Shown: piece by piece, positions 1-13,049 of the stretch
How positions within the stretch are numbered: position 1 is the stretch's first letter
How the letters are laid out: the number at the start of each line of letters is the position of its first letter
Source: Octopus sinensis
Taxonomy: Eukaryota
DNA: 64,000 nucleotides
Direction of reading: 5' to 3'
Assembly: GCF_006345805.1 (NCBI RefSeq)
Contig: NC_043015.1
Span: 22,754,001 to 22,818,000 of the forward strand
Translations under genes and position numbers: made by a program
Notes under the pieces: model-generated
Seen by the model: only the letters and a program-made list of their open reading frames with translations
What the model was told of the DNA's origin: nothing
The model's database searches: none

Positions 1-542
1 AATTGCTGGTTACTATGCCGGAAGTATGGATGTGAGGTTATAGGTACTTGGTACACATGAAAAGCTAATGAACGAAAAGGTGAAGGCAAAAACCTTTGAC
101 TTCTAGACATACAAGATTTTAGAGTACCAATGGCCGGATATAGTAACATTTAGGAGAGACAAACAATAGTGCCTAATAATTGACGTAGCAGTGCCCGATC
201 AACATATAATCATGAAAGAGAAAAGTATAAATACAAAGACCTGAAAATTGAGATAGCTAAGATATAGCAGCAATGTGAGTCAAACATAAAGGCTTCTATA
301 TTGTCATCGGAGCATTGGGTTCAATACCACCCAATCTGAAAAAAAAACATCGAAAATCTTTAGAAATATCCTACAATCTACGTGTATTGCAAAACTCGGC
401 ATTACATGAAACTGCGCGAATATTGCGTAAAGTTATGTCTGTCTGAGTCCTTGTTGTGATTTGACAGATAGTGCAAACCCCCAGTTAACACAATATTTCA
501 ATCAACAACAGCACGATATAGTATACAGCACGACGCCTATAA
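1..542 (+). mobile_element. 3' end of degraded RLE-type non-LTR retrotransposon (family H)
   Basis: Manual translation gives WPDIVTF..CLIIDVAVPD, KYKDLKIEIAKI, IVIGALGSIP and ARILRKVMSV* (stop 444-446), i.e. the PD..D endonuclease and C-terminus seen in the other RLE elements; a short 3' UTR is followed by a (CAA)/(TAA) tract. Confidence 0.75.
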
Positions 543-606
543 GAACAACAAGAACAACAGCAGCAACAATAGCAACAATAGCAACAACAACAACAACAAC
601 AACAAC

Positions 607-637
<31 letters not shown>

Positions 638-645
638 TAATAATA

Positions 646-701
<56 letters not shown>

Positions 702-732
702 GTAATAATAATAATAGTAATAATAATAATAA
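543..732. repeat. Compound (CAA/CAG)n-(TAA)n microsatellite
   Basis: Read directly; separates two retrotransposon copies. Confidence 0.95.
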
Positions 733-907
733 ACATCCAAAACAGAATTAAAAAATTAGAAAAGACCTGTCGATTCTTAATGAAATCAGCAAACAATCAA
801 CGCTACGCAAATATAACATCACAGAAAAAGATTTACTGGAGATAAAAGAAAAGCTGAAGCAAGATATCCTTGCCAAAGCTCAAAGGATCCGCCGGCGCCT
901 CCCTACT

Positions 908-1711
908 ATGTTCAAGGCATTTACTGCAGTGATATCGCAAAGGCTGAACAAGCACCTGGACGAAAACAAACTGTTCCCAGAAGAGCAGAAAGGATGCCGC
1001 AAAGGCTCATATGGATGTAAAGATCAACTAATGATTAATAAAGCCATAACTGAAAACAGCCACAGAAAGAAGAAAGGTCTCAGTATGGCCTGGATTGACT
1101 ACAAAAAGGCGTTTGATAGCATCCCCCACACATGGATCCTCGAAACACTAGCCATTAACAAAGTAGCACCAACAATCATAAAATTCATAGAGCACTCTAT
1201 GAATAAATGGCAAACAGTCCTACACCTCCAAACAAAAGAGGGACTCATGAAAACCAAAGACATCCCCATCAGAAGAGGAATATTCCAGGGAGACACGCTC
1301 TCTCCACTCCTTTTCTGCTTGGCACTGTCACCTCTATCTGATATGCTAAATAGAACTGGATGCGGATATAAGTGTTACGGCAAAACGATCAGCCACCTTT
1401 TATATATGGATGACCTAAAACTATACGCTGCAAATGACAAACAGCTGGAAACACTATTAAAGACAGTTCATGGATTTACCAAAGAAATAGATATGAAATT
1501 TGGATTAGAAAAATGCGCCAAAGTAACCATGAAAAGAGGAAAACTAGTTAAGAGTAACAATATCACACTAGATAAAACCAATGAAATAAAAGAATTAGAC
1601 CAAAGCCAAACTTACAAATACTTAGGAATCCATGAACTAGATAAGACACAACACACACAAATGAAAGAGAAAATAAAAAAGAATATTATAGACGAGTTAG
1701 ATCAATACTAA
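908..1711 (+). pseudogene. Reverse transcriptase domain fragment (non-LTR type)
   Basis: Motifs EQKGCRKGSYGCKDQL, WIDYKKAFDSIPH, RGIFQGDTLSPLLF, HLLYMDDLKLYA, MKFGLEKC, YKYLG; ends by a -1 frameshift in an A-run. Confidence 0.93.
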
Positions 1712-2147
1712 AAACAGAGCTCAATGCTAAAAACAAGATAATAGGTATCAACACTTTAGCTGTCCCAGTTATAAGTTACAGCTACAATATCCTTAACTGG
1801 ACACGAAATGAACTGTCCAAAATAGATAGGAAAACAAGAAAAATACTGACAGGATCTAGGATGCATCACCCAAAATGTGACATAGAAAGACTATATATAC
1901 AACGTATAGAAGGTGGTAGAGGCCTTATACAGCTGGAAAACTACTATAAAATAACCACCATAGGACTGCAAAAATATCTACTTCAGAAGGAAGGAAAACT
2001 GATCCAGATAGCAGCAAAACACGAGCAAAACAAAAAACTGTTCTCAGTATTTAAGGAAGCTGACAAATACAAACAAGAAATCATACCACCTAATAAACAC
2101 AAAGAAGAAGAAGAAGATGATGAAGAACAACAAAAGCTATAAAACAA

Positions 2148-2963
2148 ATGAAATCCAAACTAAAAATAGAACAGCAACGAACCATGATAAAACGATGGCA
2201 AGAAAAGCCCCTTCATGGTAAATACTGCACTAAACTAAATGCAAAAGAAATAGACAAAGAAAAATCCCAGCAATGGTTGAGAAGCTCAGGACTCAAAGCA
2301 GAAACAGAGGGATTTTTAATTGCAGCACAAGACCAAAGCCTCCCCACCAGAAATTACCAAAAACATGTAATGAAAAGAAATATTACAAGTAACTGCAGAA
2401 TATGTGGAGATGGACAAGAAACAATAAGTCATATTATCTCTAACTGCCCAGTCCTGGCTAAGAAGGAATATATTCACAGACATGACAGAGTTGGAACCTA
2501 CATACATTGGAAGCTATGCCAACATTATGGAATAACAACAGAAAAAAGATGGTATAGACACACACCAGAAAAGTTCACAGAAAACGAGAAAGCAACCATA
2601 CTCTGGGATATGCCGATACACACAGATAGAGAAATTAAGGCCAACAGACCAGATATAGTTGTCAGAGATCATGAAGAAAAAAAATGCTTTCTAATTGATG
2701 TATCAATACCGGCAGATGACAACGTGTCTCTAAAAGAAATGGAGAAACTCTCAAAATACAAAGACCTGGAAATAGAGGTAACTAGAATGTGGAATCTGAA
2801 AACAGAAACAATTCCTATCATAGTAGGTGCATTAGGCATGATAAAAAAATATTCAGACAAATACATAACAAAACCACCAGGACTTACAAACACATATAAC
2901 ATACAAAAAATTGTACTACTAGGCACTGCACACATCCTACGCAGAACACTTTCCATACAATAA
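2148..2963 (+). pseudogene. CCHC zinc knuckle + restriction-like (PD-D/ExK) endonuclease of family A
   Basis: CRICGDGQETISHIISNC, RHD, RPDIVV..IDVSIP..EKLSKYKDL, IPIIVGALG, LGTAHILRR. Confidence 0.9.
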
Positions 2964-3057
2964 CCATCAGAGCATCACAACAAATCACAGCACATAGCCA
3001 AGGCACACAGAGCTGCGCTCGGTAGTGAAGTGAAAGCACGCTATAAAAATAAAACTA

Positions 3058-3060
<3 letters not shown>

Positions 3061-3092
<32 letters not shown>

Positions 3093-3172
3093 TAATTAGA
3101 AGAAAAAGAAGAAGAAGAAGAAGAAGAAGAAGAAGAAGAAGAAGAAGAAGAAGAAGAAGAAGAAGAAGAGGA
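3061..3172. repeat. (AAT)n tail followed by (GAA)n tract
   Basis: Read directly. Confidence 0.95.
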
Positions 3173-4184
3173 AAAAGCTAAACGCATGAAAGCCCGTGCT
3201 ACAACTGCTGCCTTAGATATTCTGAATAATAAATGACAAGAAAAACCTCTCTATGGCAAATGCCCAAAAAGAGCTAGTAATGCAGATGTTGACGAAACCC
3301 TGACCCATCAATGGCTCATGGCCTCTGGCTTAAAATCTGAAACAGAAGGGTTTATCATGGCAGCTCAAGATCAATGCCTACCAACAAGAAACTACCCGGC
3401 CAATATATTAAAGAAAGGCAGTAGCCCAACATGTCGTGTATGCCGACAACAAAATGAAACCATTGACCATGTTGTCTCCAAGTGCAGATTTCTAGCGCCT
3501 ACAGAGTATCTCAATAGGCATGATAGAACTGCACAATATATTAACTGAGTAATCTGCAAAAACCTGGATTTGCCCCATGAAAAAAACTGGTGGGAACACA
3601 AACCACATCCAGTGCTTGAAAATGACCACATCTCACTCCTCTGGAACTTCCCCATTCACACTGACAGGAAGATAGATGCAAATAGTCGAGACATCATATC
3701 GAAAGACTTCAAACAAAGATCATGCCTCCTCATTGATATGACTGTCCCAATCGATATAAACGTATCTGCCAAGACCTACCAAAAACTGAGCAAATATAAA
3801 GATCTTGAAATAGAAATCAGCAAAATGTGGAACCTCAAGACTAAAAGAAAACCTGTTGTCATAGGTACCCTGGGAATGATAGCAAAATGGGCTGATCGCT
3901 ACCTAACTCAGATACCAGGAAACCCCAAAATGACAGTAATTCAAAAGATAGTGCTCATGGGAACTGCTCATATCCTACGCAAAATACTTTCTATGTAACC
4001 TCAAGTTTTAAAACAAACAATTTTCGTATGTTTTTTTAGGCATTCACTAGTACAACACTAAGTACAAAACCAAATATATGGCACCCTAGGCATAACACCA
4101 ACATGAACTTCCAACTTGTTGTCTCTTCAGGTCTCTTGGTGAGACTTGGAACCAGCTTGTGCAAACGTAAAGCAAAAGTTAAAC

Positions 4185-4186
<2 letters not shown>
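3171..4186 (+). mobile_element. RLE non-LTR retrotransposon, family B, 5'-truncated
   Basis: ORFs 3318-3548 and 3570-3998 (CRVC..H..C knuckle, RLE) match 20411-21712; 3' end ...aaagttaaacat followed by (AAT)n at 4187-4230. Confidence 0.9.
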
Positions 4187-4230
<44 letters not shown>

Positions 4231-4234
<4 letters not shown>

Positions 4235-4899
4235 GACAGAAAGATAAGGAAATTGCTAACTAGATATGTGTCACTCCATGCAAAAAGTGACCTAGGGGGG
4301 AGTGGGCTTATTGGATGCGAACACTACATTAGAGCAGAAGAAAACAACATAGCATGGTATGTAAAAAAATGCCACAGAACCGATGTTATTAGAAGTAAGA
4401 AGGGCAGGCTTTGGTAGGATGAAAGATTGCAAAGATAAAGCACTGTAAATTAAATTGAAAACGAATGAAACTGAAAATAGGTAGGTAAAGAAAAGAATGC
4501 ATGCTCAATTTCATAGGGATGTTGAAGATAAAACAGACAGAGAAAAGAGATGTCTGTGGATGACTAAAAGTGATTTAAAACCGGAAACGGAGGCTCAAAC
4601 TGTGCTGCCCAAGAGCAAGCACTAAGATCATAAACTACATAAAATACAGAATGGACAACACAAGAGAAAATGATAAGTGCAGAATCTGTGGACACAACTG
4701 TGAAACCGTATGGCATATTACTAGCCAATATACGCCACTAGCCCTGAAGGAATATAAGAAACGCAACGACAGTATAGCCAGGCTTGTACATTGGATACCA
4801 GTATGGACTTGACAGAGCACAAATTGGTATGACCACAAACCTGAAAGCATCGTCAATAATACAAATGCAAAGATCCTATGGGATTTTATGATATAGTGC
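4231..4899 (+). mobile_element. RLE non-LTR retrotransposon fragment, family C
   Basis: RKIRKLLT..LHAKSD..GGSGLI, KSDLKPETEA..AAQEQAL, CRICG..ETVWHI, WDFM; homologous to 39770-40350; breaks off before the RLE core. Confidence 0.8.
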
Positions 4900-5325
4900 A
4901 TTTTTATCATGCCTATTGCGCCTACTATGATAGGAATTAATTCTGTTTTTAGATTCCACATTCGAGTACGTCTATTTCCAGGTCTTTGTATTTTGAAAGT
5001 TTCTCCATTTCTTTTAGAGAAACATTGTTATCTGTTGGTATTCATACATCAATTAGAAAGCATTTTTTGCTTCATGATCCCTGACAACTATATCTTGCCT
5101 ATTTGCCTTAATTTCACTATCTGTGTGTATTTCTGGTGTGTGCCTATACCATCTTTTTTTTTCTGTTATTATTCAATAGTGTGGGCATAGCTTCCAGTGT
5201 ATTTAGGTCCCAACTCTTTCGTGTCTGTGAGTACAGTCCACCTTAGCCAGGACTGGGCAGTCAGAGATAATATGATTAATTGTTTGATGTCCATCTCCAC
5301 ATATTCTGCAGTAACTTGTTATATT
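4900..5325 (-). mobile_element. Family A internal fragment (knuckle to RLE), inverted
   Basis: Minus-strand translation gives CRICGDGHQTINHIISDCPVL and MWNLKTELIPIIVGAIGMIK, matching 2390-2850. Confidence 0.85.
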
Positions 5326-5510
5326 GCGTGTGTGTGCTTGTGTGTTTGTGTTTGTCCCCCACCATCGCTTGACAACCGATGTTGGCGTGTTCACATGCCC
5401 GATATAATAAGTACCAGGCTTCCAAAGAATAAGTCTTGGGGTCGAATATTTCGACTGAAAGGCAGTGCTCCGGCATGGCCGCAGTCAAATGACTGAAACA
5501 AATAAAAGAA
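5326..5510 (+). mobile_element. 3' half of an octopus-type composite SINE
   Basis: tttgtccccc..gcttgacaaccgatg..ataagtacc..aagaataagtc..gcatggccgcagtcaaatgactgaaaca; same motifs at 41000-41215 and 59611-59810. Confidence 0.8.
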
Positions 5511-6129
5511 CAAAGAAATGAATAAATGACAATATAAGTTGAAAGCAGTTTGACATGGTCTCACAATACAATCCCAAATCTCACAAAGAGGTTTAGAACC
5601 TGAGTTTATAGAATAACCAAATGAACTCCTTAAACAAAATACTATTTTACAATGCATGCATGTGGTAAATGCAATAGGAAAGGCGATAAGAATACAATCT
5701 TAATGTTTCGACTCTTAATCAGCTTTGTTCTTCTTGTTGAAATAATTACGGTCTGCGCACACTGTATATCTTCCAAGAATATGATCTGGATAAAATGCAC
5801 AAAACCAATTTGCGATACATTAATCTGTAGGGCATCTGTATCCCGCTCGTGGACCGATATACAAGCATTCAATAGGTGTTTCATTCACATCTATTTTCTT
5901 TGTTAATGTGCTATTATATGCACTCTATCAACGTATTTATCACCATTCGATTTTCATAAAACACAATCTCCCTGAATAATTAAGGAAACCATTATTTAAT
6001 TGCATTTCGCATTAATGCTGTTTTTATTTCTTTTCTTTCTCGTGTTGCTATTTTCTTTTATTTTAATTAATTTCGACCACAAATCTCTAAAAGCGGAGTG
6101 CCGTTGAACACGCATACACCCGTACACCC

Positions 6130-6205
6130 ATATATATAAATAAACACTTGCAGATATACATACACACACACATATATATATATACACACACATACATATA
6201 CATAT

Positions 6206-6247
<42 letters not shown>

Positions 6248-6293
6248 ATATACACACACATACATATACATATATATATATACATATACATCA

Positions 6294-6332
<39 letters not shown>

Positions 6333-6395
6333 CACGCACATATATATATATATATATATTGATGTATATGTATGTGTATATATATATATATGCTC
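6130..6395. repeat. (AT)n/(AC)n microsatellite
   Basis: Read directly; boundaries approximate. Confidence 0.9.
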
Positions 6396-7403
6396 TCACA
6401 CACGAAATCCGTAATATATAACACTTTCATTGTATTGGTAGCTAAGAGATCGATAACTCTATAATAGCGTTCGATTATATTGTATTTGCGATACAGTTTG
6501 CTTAACAGCATTAGCAGTGATTTTTCTGTATATCAAAGACTATTGACTGATATTTTGATGAGAAGATTGCGGGATTGGCCTAATTGCTCGAGAATTCCTA
6601 ATTAAATAGGTTAAATATTGTAAAGTGAACTTCTCTTCTTTATAGTTATTTGTTTGGGGCTATTGCTTATTTTCTACTTTTTTTTAACTTTCTTGTTTAT
6701 TTTATTATACATTACTTTTTGCGTTTGCCACATTTTTTCAGATAGTGTGTAGTCTATCAAACAGGAAATTAGGACTTGCAGCTAATCTACTGATCTACTA
6801 TTTATATTCGTTTTATTACTATTTTCTTTTTTTTATTTTGTAATTTTTGCTAACACTTCATTCTTGAAAATACGAGATTGGCTCTGCTAACTAAATCTTT
6901 TTATCGCAATTAAAAGTTAAAAAATAAATTTAGCAATAGTTCGTACAATAATACTAGTTATTGATGAGCTACCTAATAACAAAATGTCATTTAACCCTAT
7001 AAATCATGGCTATAAATTTGCAGAGAAAAATATCGAATACTTCAAAGTGCTTCCTAGTTTATTTAGCAGTACAGGGAGCAGGCATCATTGCATAGTTAAG
7101 GAACATGTAGAAGTCCATCTATTAGCTGCCTAGTTAGATCTCCGTCCCCTCCTCTACATGATTATTAAATCGCCCACATCATTTCAATTTATTGTGGTAG
7201 AAGGAACTTTGGGGATACTTGACGCAAATACCGATGCAGCCCCTTGGTGGAACGGTTACTACGTCACATGATGTAACCCAAATAAATGGTATCTTTAGTT
7301 GAGTCATCTCTCTTACATGTACTCGAAAAAGATCTTTATTTTCTGGGAAACATACACTTTTGCTTCTATACATCAGGCAAAAATCACTGAAAATGTCCAA
7401 AAA

Positions 7404-7405
<2 letters not shown>

Positions 7406-7469
<64 letters not shown>

Positions 7470-7475
7470 TATTAC
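7406..7475. repeat. (ATT)n microsatellite
   Basis: Read directly; abuts element X. Confidence 0.95.
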
Positions 7476-7476
7476 T

Positions 7477-8032
7477 GAGTGAGAATGCAGTGCATCACAT
7501 TAAAGTGGCACTGGGGTAAAATATATGAAACCCAGTATACCCATCATGACTACCCATCTGATTAAGGTTACACCAGGCACATGCATCCCAACCATATGTG
7601 CGCGATATGCTGACCTCATATCAATATTAACAGCACATGGCGTTGCAGGTGGGACCTGGTTAGAATTTTCTGCATGTTGAATAGCCCATCCCACTCAAAA
7701 GGTCAATAAATAAGGGTAGTTTAAAAGACTTTCAACGAAACATCCATGTTTCCATATGTGAATTATCCTAACCCCAAAGAATTCCACTCAACACATGTGT
7801 ATGACGCTCTCCCACTAATTCTTCTCATGATCAGAGATGCACATATCATCAGCTACCAAAGAATATTCTCAACTGGTTAAAGTCAAGCAACTGACCAGCA
7901 AATCTCTGGTATTAAGCAGAAATTGTACTGTAGCCCATCTTTTATGCCAAGGCAAACTAATGTGCATGATAACACTTCTAATCAGTTAAGATGAGAAGCC
8001 ATGAGAGCCAGTGTGTGGTAATGCATCAGGGC
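7477..8032. mobile_element. ~555-bp non-coding (ATT)n-associated interspersed repeat (element X), diverged copy
   Basis: End-to-end similarity to 31575-32127 (gagtgaga...gcatcagggc); no long ORF. Confidence 0.85.
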
Positions 8033-8244
8033 AACTTAAACAACTTAAAGAAGGAGACCATCCAGAAGAGATGCAGGAGATTACGAAGATGATTGGAAGC
8101 CGTAGTTTATGGAATAAATTTACTCTTTAGTATTTCAAGATGTTTTAATACAGTTTCGGTAAATATATCTGTTCAAATGAGATGTCAGAGTTATTTCCAC
8201 TTTCGTTAATTTAGACAACAATATTTTCACCGCACCTTGTGTGT

Positions 8245-8246
8245 AC

Positions 8247-8336
<90 letters not shown>

Positions 8337-8350
8337 GTGTGTGTGTGTGT

Positions 8351-8391
<41 letters not shown>

Positions 8392-8470
8392 GTGTGTGTG
8401 TGTGTGGTGTGTGTGTGTGTGTGTGTTTGTATGTATGTATGTATGTATGTGAATATATATATGTATGTAT
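8245..8470. repeat. (AT)n-(GT)n-(ATGT)n compound microsatellite
   Basis: Read directly; boundaries approximate. Confidence 0.9.
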
Positions 8471-10338
8471 ACATGAACTTTAAATCTACGTAGAGAGACA
8501 AGTAGGCAAAGGGGGAGAGAGAATGAGATTCATAGATACACATGCATACACACAAATATATATTTGAATAGACCTCAATAATAGAATTTCAGAGATCTTC
8601 TAGAAATTGACATTTGCCAAATTCTGCAAGAACAGTTAGATATTAATATTACTTCCATGATGTTTTTCAAGCGTATATAACAAGTAGAACCTATTCAAGC
8701 TTTAATTACAGTCTCTTTATTGCGCCGGGAGCAGAGTATTTCAAGTGTCACGAGTTACAACAACTGCCGCTGATGCGGTTATATTAAGATAATCAACTGT
8801 CAGATTACCAATTTATAACTAATTTGCACACATTTTTAAAATTGTAAAATTGCAACTAAGATCAAAAAATTCACTTGATCTACTGGGCCTATCCCAATCA
8901 ACAGCGTTTCTTCTTTAATAAAGTCTTGATTGGAACGCATCTGACGAGAAGCCAAACATAATAAGAGCACTGTTTGAGAACCAATGACGCAACAACAATA
9001 GCGGACATATACAAACTGTGAAAATTCGTGTTTCGTTTTCCTTTATTTCTCTTGTTGTGTTCAAATTCTCCATGTGCAGAAAAAAATCTTATGACAGAGT
9101 ATATCATTAACTATAAATTATATCTTATACAATATTAGTGTCAGATTTGAATAAAAAATACCACAAGGACGTGTTAATTAGGAGTTTCCAATTGAAATCG
9201 AACTTTATTTGCATACTCACGATTACGCAACTAATCGTAGCAGAAACAACATTTCAAGTCGTTAACGGTTTGCTTAACCTATGTTTGAATACAATTACTG
9301 CGGTACAGAATGGCTTATGAAAAATGCATACATATATACATAGCAACAAGTGCCTTCAGGAATTTAGGCCCAGAATAGACTCTATGCCAGTTTCGGACGT
9401 AGATAGTTCAAGCTAAATTCATGGTTTTATAGAATTTTTTAAGGATTCACTTTTCATATTTCAGATCTGTATAGTTCTATCGTTAAAAATCAGTAGCTTC
9501 AAATCGCTCGAAGTCTCTAAATTTAACGTTTCACAATCCTGGCTGGTAAGGATATAAATTTCTATAATGAACCGAGAAAATTCGGATTGTTTCTTCAGGA
9601 AAATTGTTTGGAAGATTTATCGTGGTTCACACACAATAATCTACATGCTAATATTTATAGCTTTATTTATTTCGACTTCTACCGATAAAAATTATGTACT
9701 TCGTATCTCTGAATGCTTCTAAATTATTATTTGTAAAGTCTCTCACACATGCACGCACGCAAACAAACACGTGCACACACCCATACACACACACACACAC
9801 ATAATATTTATATTTTAGTGGATTTATTCCTTTGCTATGCTGAATTTCGCCTATAGATTCACAGGATATTCAGACAAAACTAGCTCCTGTTGTGAAATTC
9901 CAACGGGAGATTAACTCGACAACAAAATATCTGTACTATGGTATCGGATACCTGTTCTTCCGACATTCAACACTAAACAGATAACTACATATAGACATAG
10001 AGTGAGAAAGAGAGAGGGAGAAAGAGAGAGAGATTGAGAGAGTGACTGAGAGATAGATAAATAGATAGAGAGAGAAATGGAGAGATGGAGAGAGAACCAT
10101 ATACTCATATATGTATGTATACCTGGGCAACCTGTTACCTTAGATTAATTCAAAGGCTGTCGTGTTCCAACGTTTATTAACCTAAGTCATTCTCCCCGAC
10201 AATCTCTCTTTTTTTTTCATGTGTAGGATACAATGCAGTAGATTTATCCAATGTGTTATTTGTAACGACTGCGTCTATTAGTTGAGCATTATAGTCATTC
10301 GATCTTACTAAACTCCATTATATATATATGTGTGTATT

Positions 10339-10380
<42 letters not shown>

Positions 10381-11517
10381 GTGTTCTTTAATACTCGCCC
10401 TCACAAAGAACCATCAAGAGATTTCACTTGTCTGCAGTATGATGCAGATAAACTTATTGATGACAAAGGGGTATAAACATTATCAATTAGCTGACATTAA
10501 GCCTTTTTTAGATCTAGAGAATTAAGTGATGGGTTGCACTATACTGAAGAGCGTTTACTTTATTGAAAAAAGCTGTCGCTAGCTGAACATTCACGTTTAA
10601 CACATTAATTACACTGAGGTAAAGCTCCTTATAGCAAACATAATTTATAATAAATCTTCCTCATGTCTTATTTAGAAAGTAAACAAAATGCAACAGTAGA
10701 ATGAACTGAAGTAAATTTAAAATCTCAAACAAAATACTCCCATCAAAAAAGAGATGATTCTGGTGGGTAATGCAGTTTTAGATATACAGGAAGAGTGGAT
10801 GCTTACCCCAATCCTCCTGAGTCAGACCTGTGAAAGAAATAAACCAGAACGAAATATATAATCCTGATATTTTGCTAATGAAGGACATTTTACACAGTAG
10901 CCACCCATGCTGAAATGGTAGCCATATCATTAATCAATCATACACTGCTTAAAAAATATATCGGGAGCAACATACTGGAGGGTCTATTCCTAGAAATATT
11001 TATTCACAGCGACGCTAATAAATACGCAGTAGTGAAGCCAATGACGGTGTCTGTTCAGTAAGAACTGCCTGGGGAATACTTTACAAAAATAATAGCAACA
11101 AAGTACGTGACTGAGTTTAAAAAAAACCTTTCTCTATTCAATGATGGTGTGTAAAAGAAAGTGAAATCGGATATAAATTTTTAATTTCATACACTGCATT
11201 TTAGATTGATTACTTGTGAAATGTTACTTCGGAATAGGTTCAGTTCTCTAAATTATTTTGCTTAATGTGTTTATTTGTGTTTATTATTGTTCTTTGTTTT
11301 ATCGTATTTTATTGTATTACTTTTTTTCTGTTTTCGATTTAGGGAATCTGTCACGACCTTGCCTTTGTCTACTGACGTGTTTTCATTATATCTAATTTAG
11401 ACTCCTTGCCATGGTTCAGTACATTTAATTAATTTTATATGATGTAAGTTTTGTTTATATTTCAGAGTTCTCTGAATATAGATGTGTGTGTGTGTACGAA
11501 TGTATCAATCTATCTAT

Positions 11518-11519
<2 letters not shown>

Positions 11520-11559
<40 letters not shown>

Positions 11560-11564
11560 ACACA

Positions 11565-11611
<47 letters not shown>

Positions 11612-11612
11612 A
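11520..11612. repeat. (CA)n microsatellite
   Basis: Read directly. Confidence 0.9.
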
Positions 11613-12298
11613 CGCACAGAATATATGCACCTGCACAGACTTATACACAAAGGCGCCCTCTAGTTTTCTTCCTTAAGTTCAGTCAAAATTAGTATCATAT
11701 CGAACTGAATATTGTGATTTAAATATATATAAAAAAGCGAACAAATTAGCCAATATAGCAAAGTGTTGGTCGGAAGAGGCTGAGTGATGTTTATTTTGCT
11801 CGCATCTATTAGACCAATAATAGTGTTAAAGGCTAATTTATTTTTGTAATGTTATTGCTTGTCTCTGGGGGAATAGCACCAAGTCTGTATTCGAGAAACT
11901 AGAACTCACTACGTAAAGCGTAGAGATTTAATAAAACAATGTGTTTAAACCGATGATCGAAAAGATGGTCCATTCACGATCAGAGAGGAACACAAATGCT
12001 GCAAATGCAACTATTCGGGAGCCGTACTAAATTTCATTCTCTTTCGATCAGCTAAAACTACTAACCACATAAGCCAAACCACAATGTAGGTATTTTCAAA
12101 AATCTCTCATTGAGTAACGTGGTCTAGAATATACTAAGTATTTCAAAAAGGGTATTGTTATGTCTAAAATGTCCTTGGTAACGGAAATCCTTGGTGGTAG
12201 ACAAATATTTTCACAGCAACAACAAGTAAATCTTTCTGCGACGTATCTTTGAGCTAGAGTTCACTCACACTAGAACGATTGCATTTTCGTCGTTTGAT

Positions 12299-12411
<113 letters not shown>

Positions 12412-12423
12412 CACATGTATATA

Positions 12424-12818
12424 TCTTTATATATAAAAGTGAGGTTGTGTGCTGTCTGTCTCCTACGATTTAGATTCCTAACTACTCCCGCATATTGCGG
12501 TGCAGTTTAACCAAAACCGGGTATCTTATAGTCGTGATTCATATCGAGCCCTTCTGGGTATTAGCGCGCGTCTACGATGAGTGTACGATTTAAAAAAAAA
12601 TTACCATCAATTTTTCCTTTTTTAATGCATTTTTGGCATATATAAGGGAAGTAACTCTCTAAAAATTTATTATTAAATCTCAGATCGTAAAAAGCTACAG
12701 TAACCCCCCCCCCTTTGTGGTTAACCATATTGAGATGGCTATTATACTTTACATCTCATAAAATGCTTATATAGTTATTTCCCTTACAAACCCGAGCAAC
12801 GCCGGGCGATACTGCTAG
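12424..12818 (+). mobile_element. Non-autonomous Helitron (rolling-circle element), 395 bp
   Basis: Starts TC (tctttatatataaaa), ends CTAG (12815-12818), has a subterminal hairpin cccg(a)gc-aac-gc-cggg (12791-12806), sits between host A and T, and shows no TSD. Confidence 0.8.
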
Positions 12819-13049
12819 TATATTATACATACATACATATGGCGCCGTCAACATCGAACGTGCAGATACAGTAGAAAGTTTTAAATGTCCGCATCGAACG
12901 CCTTCCTCTAGAAATATGCCAATTTTTCCAGCCTAAAGCGATATCTGGTTTATTTCTCCAATAATTAATAAGAGAAACACCTCTTACTCCCCAATGCAGC
13001 GCGATCCTGAACAGATTATATAATATACATCTACAGAACTTGGAATCTC

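Larger units (their letters stand above)
733..3060 (+). mobile_element. R4/Dong-like RLE non-LTR retrotransposon, family A, 5'-truncated and internally deleted
   Basis: RT (908-1711), thumb region (1861-2142), CCHC+RLE (2148-2963); 3' UTR ends ...aataaaactactg followed by (AAT)n. Frameshifts near 1680 and 2130; ~460-bp deletion at 895/896 relative to the 34009-38442 copy. Confidence 0.92.
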
